From Octopus bimaculoides (taxonomy: Eukaryota), in contig NC_068998.1 in NCBI RefSeq assembly GCF_001194135.2, forward strand, positions 28,821,640 through 28,861,839: a stretch of 40,200 bases of DNA. The letters run 5' to 3'. Positions 32,389 through 40,200 of the stretch are shown piece after piece. Under the pieces are notes generated by a model that was not told the origin of the DNA, did no database searches, and saw only the letters and a list, made by a program, of their open reading frames with translations. Numbering within the stretch: the stretch's first letter is position 1; each line of letters begins with the position of its first letter. Both the position numbers and the translations under genes were made by a program.

Positions 32389-33759
32389 GTGTGCTGGGGG
32401 AAAGGTAGTCAAGTAAAAGTAGTGCAGTTTTATTTATTTCTCAAAATATCCATACTTCATTCCTGAAATTTTCAGCTTGTTATTCAATTACTTATGAATA
32501 TTTTTGAGGAGGAGACTACTGTGTTAAGATTAACCATGCAGACTAATTATCATCCACAATACTCCAGCATAATTCAACTTATGCAGTTACACATCTTTCA
32601 TCTCCTAATATAGAATAAACTAACTTTAAAACATTTTATAAACATTGAAAATATCAATGAATGCACAACTTACAGCAACAAGCCATTTTGCAGCTATTAC
32701 AGTTTACAAGCCACTCCAACTTTTACTTTTACTGCTTCAACTATTATAGCTCCAAGCCATTTTGCAGCTTCTACATCAATTGTTACTCGTCTTTCTTTGT
32801 ATGTCACAACAACAGAAACTCTACTATGAAAAGAGATTTCATTCATCTAGTTTCATCCAAGATACTTACTAAGCTGGACAATTCTGTTCAGTTCCCAAAA
32901 GTATAATCATTTCCTTTTTACAGTAGTGAAATTGTCTGCTTTAACCGTGTGACATTTGAAAATGACCTAGTATTGATATCCAAATATAAGGCTTTGCTTT
33001 CATAAATGTCATTTTAAAAACTTACATATTGTTGATTAATTTAATTCTGCACTGACAATCTGTCCTCGTGATGTATAAACTGCTGCTTTTTATATTCCTT
33101 GAAATGTCATTTTTCCCTTAGTACATGCACTACTGTTTTTATGAATTTATATTGCTTATTACTGTTTCATATTATCTAGAATAATCAACCTACCACCAAA
33201 CAGTGGAGTTCTATAGAAGCAGGTGGAAAAATGTAACAAATAATTTGTACATATTCTGAATCTTTTTATCTGTATACATGTATGAATTTATTTTCGTTGT
33301 TTGAAGTTTTAGTGTATATTTTGACAGGCTACCAGCTTGATGACAACATTGTAAAGAAAAGATATTTGAGATAGTAGATTTTTATTGTCCCAAATCTCAT
33401 GTTTGTCAGTAGTATATAAGTCGATAAATCTAAATGCAAGTCATACTTTCATGTATGCTTTAATTTGAGACTTATTGAAATTCTTTACAGAATTCAAGTC
33501 AGTGACAAGGCTTCTTCTTTGTATGAAGAAACTTCAAGAGATCTGTGAATATGTGAATGAGTTAATGTGTATATATATTGTGTATATAGACCTATGTGTG
33601 GATATACTTGTAATGAATTGCAGGTATTTGAGTGTGTGTCTGATAATGTTTTACATGTGTATGCCAAATGTGATTGTTATACATTCACTACAGGAAACTC
33701 AAATGGAGAATCTTTGGAATGTTTTATTAATCTTCACTGGACTGCCTTATTGATTAGGT

Positions 33760-34450
33760 GTGGATGATGCAGTTTGGTTTACTTAGCTCTTTCTTGGAAA
33801 ATTCCAGCATTTCCAGTATATAAGCAAATCTGTTGCTTCATAGCCTAGTGCACCTATGATAGTAGGTAGTTCCCCATAGCTGCCACAGTTCTAGATGTAA
33901 CTTTCACATCCACAAAGCAGTTGATCTCTACAATGCATGATTTTATTCCCTGTCCTATAGAACAATATCAGGTCTATTGTGTTTGCATGGGATTACTGTT
34001 TTATTAGAATGTTCCACCAGTATTCCTTATTTTTAAAGGTCTGAATACATTCAAGTATTATAAATAACTTTGGCAATAATGTTGTGTTGTGGGAAGGCAA
34101 TACTTTATAGACATTTTTAGGTACCTGCTGATGTTGTGGATAACATCTTTCACATTAGTGTAGCACTATTGCACTATCAGTGTTTTCTGTCACAACATGG
34201 AGGTTTAGAGGCACCCTTATCTTTTATTGGTCATGTATTTTCTATTTATCTCCTGCTCCTAAATAGCAGGAGTATTCTTGAAGTGTATCCTTGTGAGTGG
34301 GATATGATATATCTATATCAAGTCCAAGAGAAGCTATCCTTCCTGCTAATGTTGTTGTTATCTGCTACTTGGTAGGATATATACCTACATGTAACTTTCT
34401 AGTTGGGCAGTAGAGTAGCAAAATTGTTAAAGTACCTGAAAAATGTTTCA
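33760..34450 (-). mobile_element. Second REL-endonuclease non-LTR retrotransposon remnant (zinc knuckle plus REL)
   Basis: AI*EQEINRKY, CYTNVKDVIHNIS...KMSIKYCLP/QHNIIAKVIYN, EYWWN, CKHNRPDIVL*DRE/KSCIVEINCFVDV and PTIIGALGY, in the expected order. Confidence 0.75.
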
Positions 34451-34645
34451 CAGCATTTGTTCTACATTCCAACTTCAAGTACAACATAAATCAATTTTGC
34501 CTTTCATACTTCTTTTTAGGTTGATAAAGTACTAATCAATTAGTTGAGCTAACATAATTGCTCCCTCCCCCAATTTCGGAAATTCATCTAGCCTTGGTTG
34601 TTAGCCAGTTTATAATAATGATAAAAGGACTTTGATTCACCCTGT

Positions 34646-34665
34646 GCACACACACACACACACAA

Positions 34666-34714
<49 letters not shown>

Positions 34715-34841
34715 TATATACATATATATATACATATATATACATATATACATATATATATACATATNNNNNNNNNNATGGATGGATGGATGGATGGATG
34801 GATGGATGGATGGATGGATGGATGGATGGATGGATGGATGG
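34646..34841. repeat. (CA)n/(TA)n/(GGAT)n microsatellite block with a small gap
   Basis: Read directly from the sequence. Confidence 0.9.
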
Positions 34842-35116
34842 ACTATGAGATTATCCTGCATTTCACATCCATAAATGCTTAGCTTTGCAGTGTATCATCA
34901 GACCCTAAGTCTGTTGGCCTATGGCCACTTTAGCAAGTAGCCTCTCTAGAAGATGGAGGAGAAAAAAACTTTGTTACCCTATGACAACAACAGGGGATTG
35001 TCACCCTTCAGCTGTTATTCATAATTGACCCTGATAGCATAAGGATCCCAGGATGCCAGTAGAAATTTCCTGAATTGCAGGCAGGAAGTCTGAAGACTTC
35101 CATTCTGGAGTTCAGG

Positions 35117-35148
<32 letters not shown>

Positions 35149-35156
35149 ATATATTA

Positions 35157-35197
35157 TTAGAATGAAGGATAGCAGGATTCCTAAGCAGATGCTATAT
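35157..35197 (+). mobile_element. Short RTE fragment running into the gap
   Basis: IRMKDSRIPKQMLY resembles the RM.D.RxPKxxLY motif at RTE ORF ends. Confidence 0.45.
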
Positions 35198-35801
35198 NNN
35201 NNNNNNNNNNNNNNNNNNNNNNNNNNNNNNNNNNNNNNNNNNNNNNNNNNNNNNNNNNNNNNNNNNNNNNNNNNNNNNNNNNNNNNNNNNNNNNNNNNNN
35301 NNNNNNNNNNNNNNNNNNNNNNNNNNNNNNNNNNNNNNNNNNNNNNNNNNNNNNNNNNNNNNNNNNNNNNNNNNNNNNNNNNNNNNNNNNNNNNNNNNNN
35401 NNNNNNNNNNNNNNNNNNNNNNNNNNNNNNNNNNNNNNNNNNNNNNNNNNNNNNNNNNNNNNNNNNNNNNNNNNNNNNNNNNNNNNNNNNNNNNNNNNNN
35501 NNNNNNNNNNNNNNNNNNNNNNNNNNNNNNNNNNNNNNNNNNNNNNNNNNNNNNNNNNNNNNNNNNNNNNNNNNNNNNNNNNNNNNNNNNNNNNNNNNNN
35601 NNNNNNNNNNNNNNNNNNNNNNNNNNNNNNNNNNNNNNNNNNNNNNNNNNNNNNNNNNNNNNNNNNNNNNNNNNNNNNNNNNNNNNNNNNNNNNNNNNNN
35701 NNNNNNNNNNNNNNNNNNNNNNNNNNNNNNNNNNNNNNNNNNNNNNNNNNNNNNNNNNNNNNNNNNNNNNNNNNNNNNNNNNNNNNNNNNNNNNNNNNNT
35801 G

Positions 35802-35877
<76 letters not shown>

Positions 35878-35924
35878 TGTATATATAGGCCATGTTTGGA
35901 ATATAGCTTAATGTGTCATCCCCT

Positions 35925-36576
35925 AGCAGTAGAGGGAACCTGTGGAAGACGTGGGATGAGGTACTAAAACACGACCGTCAAACATTGGGCCTCACTGAGG
36001 CAATGACAAGTGACCGACACCTTTGGAGATATGCTGTGCTTGAGAAGACCCGTAAATCCAAGTGAGACCATAACTGTGGCCTATGTCAGTGCAGCATAAC
36101 CAGCCCATTTAAGAGTACCCTTCAATCATTGTGTAATAAACTGCTCTTGCAAAGACCTTTTGAGGCAATTGACATCGTTGTTGTGGCTGATGACAGTACC
36201 GCCTGATTGGCACCCATGCTGGTGGCATATAAAAAGCACCATTTGAGTGTGGTCGATGCCACTGCCAGCTGACTGGTCCTGTACTGGTGGCATGTAAAAA
36301 GCACCATTCAAGCATGGCTCCCATGCCGGTGGCACGTAAAAAGCACCATTCAAGCATGGCTGATGCCAGTACTGCCTGGCTGGCCCTCATGCTGGTGGCA
36401 CGTAAAAAGCACCTGTTACACTCTTGGAGGGGTTGACATTAGGAAGGGCATCCAGCTGTAGAAATATGACCAGATCGGATTGGGGCCTAGTGATTTCTGG
36501 TTTGCCAGCTCTCAGTCAAATTGCCCAAACCCATGCCACCATGGAAAGTAGACGTTAAACGACGATGATGATGATG
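35925..36576 (+). mobile_element. 5'-truncated RTE LINE: ORF C-terminus, 3' UTR with repeated hairpin units, and (GAT)n tail
   Basis: RGNLWKTWDEVLKHDRQTLGLTEAMTSDRHLWRYAVLEKTRKSK* (stop 36063-36065), four GGTGGCA(C/T)(G/A)TAAAAAGCACC units and gttaaacgacgatgatgatgatg end. Confidence 0.85.
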
Positions 36577-37952
36577 TCCTAGAATAAAATTTTCACGGGA
36601 GGTTTTGATTTAAATATGAACGTTTTAAAATGGAGGCTTTGTATCAAAGAACAAATATGCAGGTTGGTATCAAAAGAACTTAAATGATATTTTTTCTTAG
36701 CTCTGCAATGACATCTGTTAGGTTTTGTGTGGTTAGTCATTCTTTAAATCTACATTTTATGATGCTGCAAAATTTATTTTTATAGCAGTGATTTTTATGG
36801 CAGTGATGATAAATTCCAATAAACTAATATGTTTATTGGAATTGATTCTTGCAAAATCATAGATGTATTAGGTTCTTCATTAGAAAAATCTGTTCAAATA
36901 ATCAGTGATAAAGTATTTCAATTCTTGTTGGTCAAGTAAGTATTTCCTGTTTTACTATATCATTATATATACAACTAACCTGTGTGGAAAAGTGTGATGT
37001 TACTGGTTTTAACAAACCATGTTTTGTTGCAAGCAAGAATTGTTTGTTAACCTCCTGTGGACTTACAGTATGAGTGCTGTTGTTCAACTGGAAATCTGCA
37101 GAAACAACAGTCTTACTCTTCACCATTTACTTACTTTCTCTCTCTCCCTCTCTCTTCTCTCTCTCCCCTCTCTTTTTCTCTACTATGATTCAACATTTTA
37201 TAGATATTTATTTTTTTGCTCTTTTTTTCTTTCTTTCAGCTTAAGTTAAGCACACTGATACTCATCTATGGATATGTGAGAATAGATTGTGACATACACA
37301 AAATAGCATTGTTACAATAACTAATTTGCTTCAAGTAACTCATCTAATGTTGATGGACGGTTTCAGTTTACTGAGGAAGATGGCTTCCTTGACCCTCAAA
37401 TTACCAGTGATATATTCTGTTACTTTGGTGGTAACAGAGTATGACTTTAATACATATATATATATAAATAGAAACTTTATTATTTCTAAATCTCTCAACG
37501 AGAGACATACAGTAACGATACTTTAAAGTCAAGATTATTTGCCAACATAATGTGGCAGTCATGGTTGGGATGAATGTTACTGTTGTTTTAGCCCCAGGAA
37601 ACATCATCTCTGGCTGGCACATCTGTATCCTTATATTTTCAAACAGGAGAGCTTAGCACCCCCACTCAGCCCAAAGCAATATCTGTGGACCGTGATTTCT
37701 GGGTTATTTCCCTTCCTCAGCACAGAATCACTGCCTGGCTGTGATGGCGCTGACAAACTCCCGTTCAAAATCATATACTTTTCAAAGTGATACACAATCA
37801 CTGATCTACTAAATAGAAACTTTATTATTTCTAAATCTCTCAATGAGCCAGGCAGTTATCCTGTGCCAAGGAAAGGAAATAAGTAAAGATTATAATCTTT
37901 ACTTTAAAGTACTGTTACTGTATGACTCTCATTATGTTTGCAAATGATCTTT

Positions 37953-37992
37953 ACATCATCATCATCATCGTCGTTTAACGTCCGCTTTCCAT
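37953..37992 (-). mobile_element. 40-bp RTE 3' tail fragment
   Basis: (CAT)n cgtcgtttaacgtccgctttccat is the reverse complement of the tail at 36540-36576. Confidence 0.7.
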
Positions 37993-38278
37993 ATGTCAAC
38001 TAGACTATCTGAGGTTGCTTTACACTGCTGGTCACAATGTGTATCCTCTCAATGTTGTAGCTTTTGAATGATGTCATCCCACTAGCTAGGCATACAGGTT
38101 AACATTCGCCTTGCACGGAATACCTGCACTCACAGAGTTACCCATTTACAACTGAGTAGACTAGGGCAACATTAAATTAAATGTTTTGCTGAAGAACACA
38201 ATGTAATACCCAGTCTAGGAATCAAAATCACAAGCCTTCAATTGTGAGTACAACACCCTAACCACTAGGCCACACACC
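37993..38278 (-). mobile_element. tRNA-derived SINE (same head as 5600)
   Basis: The reverse complement begins ggtgtgtggcctagtggttagggtgttgtactcac...ttgattcc...ttgtgttcttcagcaaaac. Confidence 0.75.
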
Positions 38279-38431
38279 TTCACACACACACATGCACATA
38301 TACATACACGCACACACAAACACATACACATTTGGCATTCCAGAAGCATGAAGTAGTTGGGCTCCTGTTAGAGGCCTGCAAATCTTGAAGTAGCATGGAG
38401 CCAAATTAAACTGTTTTAAATAATATATATA

Positions 38432-38591
38432 GGCGCAGGAGTGGCTGTTTAGTAATTAGCTTGCTTACCAACCACATGGTTCTGAGTTCAGTTCCACTGT
38501 GTGGCACCTTGGGCAAGTGTCTACTATAGCCTCGGACCAACCAAAGCCTTGTGAGTAGATTTGATAGATGGAAACTGAAAGAAGCCCGTCC
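38432..38591 (+). mobile_element. 5' half of OK/OR-like SINE ending in (TA)n
   Basis: ggcgcaggagtggctg...ggaaactgaaagaagcccgtc followed by (TA)n to about 38654. The 3' half is absent. Confidence 0.85.
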
Positions 38592-38601
38592 TATATATGT
38601 A

Positions 38602-38657
<56 letters not shown>

Positions 38658-39840
38658 CATGTATGTATCTTTTGAGGGTTTTTTTTTATGGGAATCTTTA
38701 GATGTGTGATCTTTCATTGAGCTTGTGAAATGATATTTTCTCTCTACTTGGCAATGATTTAATGCCTTCTGTTTACAAAGACAGTAGTTGTTTATGTTTC
38801 TATCATGTATTTATAACCTTCACACATTTTCTGCCCTTTTGAATCTATTTATTTATCTACCTGTCTGCCTGCCTGTTGTATATACTCTGTATATTCTTAT
38901 TTATGCCTGAAGTAGTTTATCTTGTCAATAATTTTCCTAAGTTGTACATCTGCCTTACATAAACTCAAAGATCTGCAAATGTTTTTTTTAATTTTTTTAC
39001 TCTTTCAGTTAGAATCATTATTATATAGAGAGTAATTTGCTGTGTGAAACAGAGTGTCTAATTTTATCTGACATGTAAAATTATATCTCATTAAAAATAT
39101 ATTTTATGAATCAACTTTATAAAATTCTAGAACATTACTCATGTTGACTTTAAAATGCGTATTTAATTACATATAAGGTGCATTTTTTCCCTCAAAGAAA
39201 TAAAAGAAAAAAAGTAACAAATAAAAATCCCTAAAAATCATCTTATAAGCACAAGGTCAGGATTTGGGTTGGTTTAAGAAATGGTCTACCCAAATTGAAG
39301 CACATTTTACAAGATTGTGCTCCTTATAAACTGTCAAATACAGTAAGTAATGTTTCTTTAATAAATTGTAGAAAATCTAGAAATATATCCTAAAATATAT
39401 AACTAATATCTTGTTTTATTTTTCTCCTTATACTTTAATTAACTTTTAGCTTGAGTTGAACTGTCCCAAATTAATTTTAGCACAGTTTGAAATATATGCT
39501 GTCATAAGCTATTGATAATCAATATTTCAAGCAATTACATAAATAAAAAGCAAATTAAGAATAGAACTTCATCTTCTCTTCAGTAAATTGTACATAAGTG
39601 AAAGTTATAAATAGTAGTGTTTATAGAGAAATGCTTGTTAATGTTTTCTATTTACATATGTTTATATGGAGCTATAAACATATTCATGAAATAGAAATGT
39701 GTGTTGGCTATGATAAAACAGGAGAGAAAGAGCTACATGGAAAATAAGGGTAGAGCTTGTACACACAAATAGAATAAGTTTTATGCCTCAAAATGAAATT
39801 TAACAGCATAGTCAGTTAATCTTTCATTATGCCTCACATG

Positions 39841-39888
39841 TATTTTCTTTTGTCAGTATTTTCTTTTGTCAGTATTTTCTTTTGTCAG
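39841..39888 (+). repeat. Three perfect tandem copies of TATTTTCTTTTGTCAG (16 bp)
   Basis: Units start at 39841, 39857 and 39873. Confidence 0.95.
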
Positions 39889-40150
39889 CATTAGGACTAA
39901 GTTTATTTTTCTCAGATAAGATGTCATAATGGAAGATTAACAGAATATGCTACTAAAAATAATAATCCTTTTTATTGGCCAATATTGAATTTATAGAAAA
40001 TTATATTCATATGGTTTGGGCCCTCAATTATAATGGAGTTCTAGAGGTGCCGTAATGACTTGCCTGCCTTCATAATTTGTTCTGTTTGTATATAGGAGCA
40101 GATGTTTCTATCATGGAAGTAAATCAAAAGGAATACTTATGGCACACACA

Positions 40151-40200
<50 letters not shown>

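Noticed and set aside
34855-34905. CTGATGA...GAAA on the minus strand
   Set aside because: Stems II and III are not formed.
35075-35911. 278-aa and 233-aa ORFs
   Set aside because: They span N runs and microsatellites.
39043-39065. GAAACA-gag-TGTC half hammerhead
   Set aside because: No CUGANGA-type core upstream.

Overview
AT-rich, microsatellite-dense animal DNA with three N-gaps. The SINE and RTE families look like those I recall from octopus genomes, so the species assignment is an inference. There is no intact long ORF and most of the ORF track is artefact. The window is a graveyard of decayed mobile elements. It holds three Tc1/mariner clades (DD37D at 2.1-3.4 kb, DD34D at 15.8-19.6 kb, DD34E at 21.4-24.0 kb), TIR MITEs with hAT, piggyBac and pogo-type ends, and several nested insertions with readable TSDs. 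It also holds RTE LINE pieces, two REL-endonuclease LINE remnants, a Penelope-like GIY-YIG fragment, two LTR-like blocks and tRNA-derived SINEs. Two or three short, unidentified + strand exon candidates suggest the window may be intronic in a large gene. The most striking signal is a set of hammerhead-ribozyme-shaped motifs read by eye. One is fully canonical (25583-25625, +), lying about 145 nt into the intron after an exon candidate. Two minimal ones have the core 3-8 base pair swapped compensatorily: U3-A8 at 6587-6625 and G3-C8 at 16274-16320. Two more at 9.3-9.75 kb are damaged. All alignments and structures were done by eye and no activity is demonstrated.
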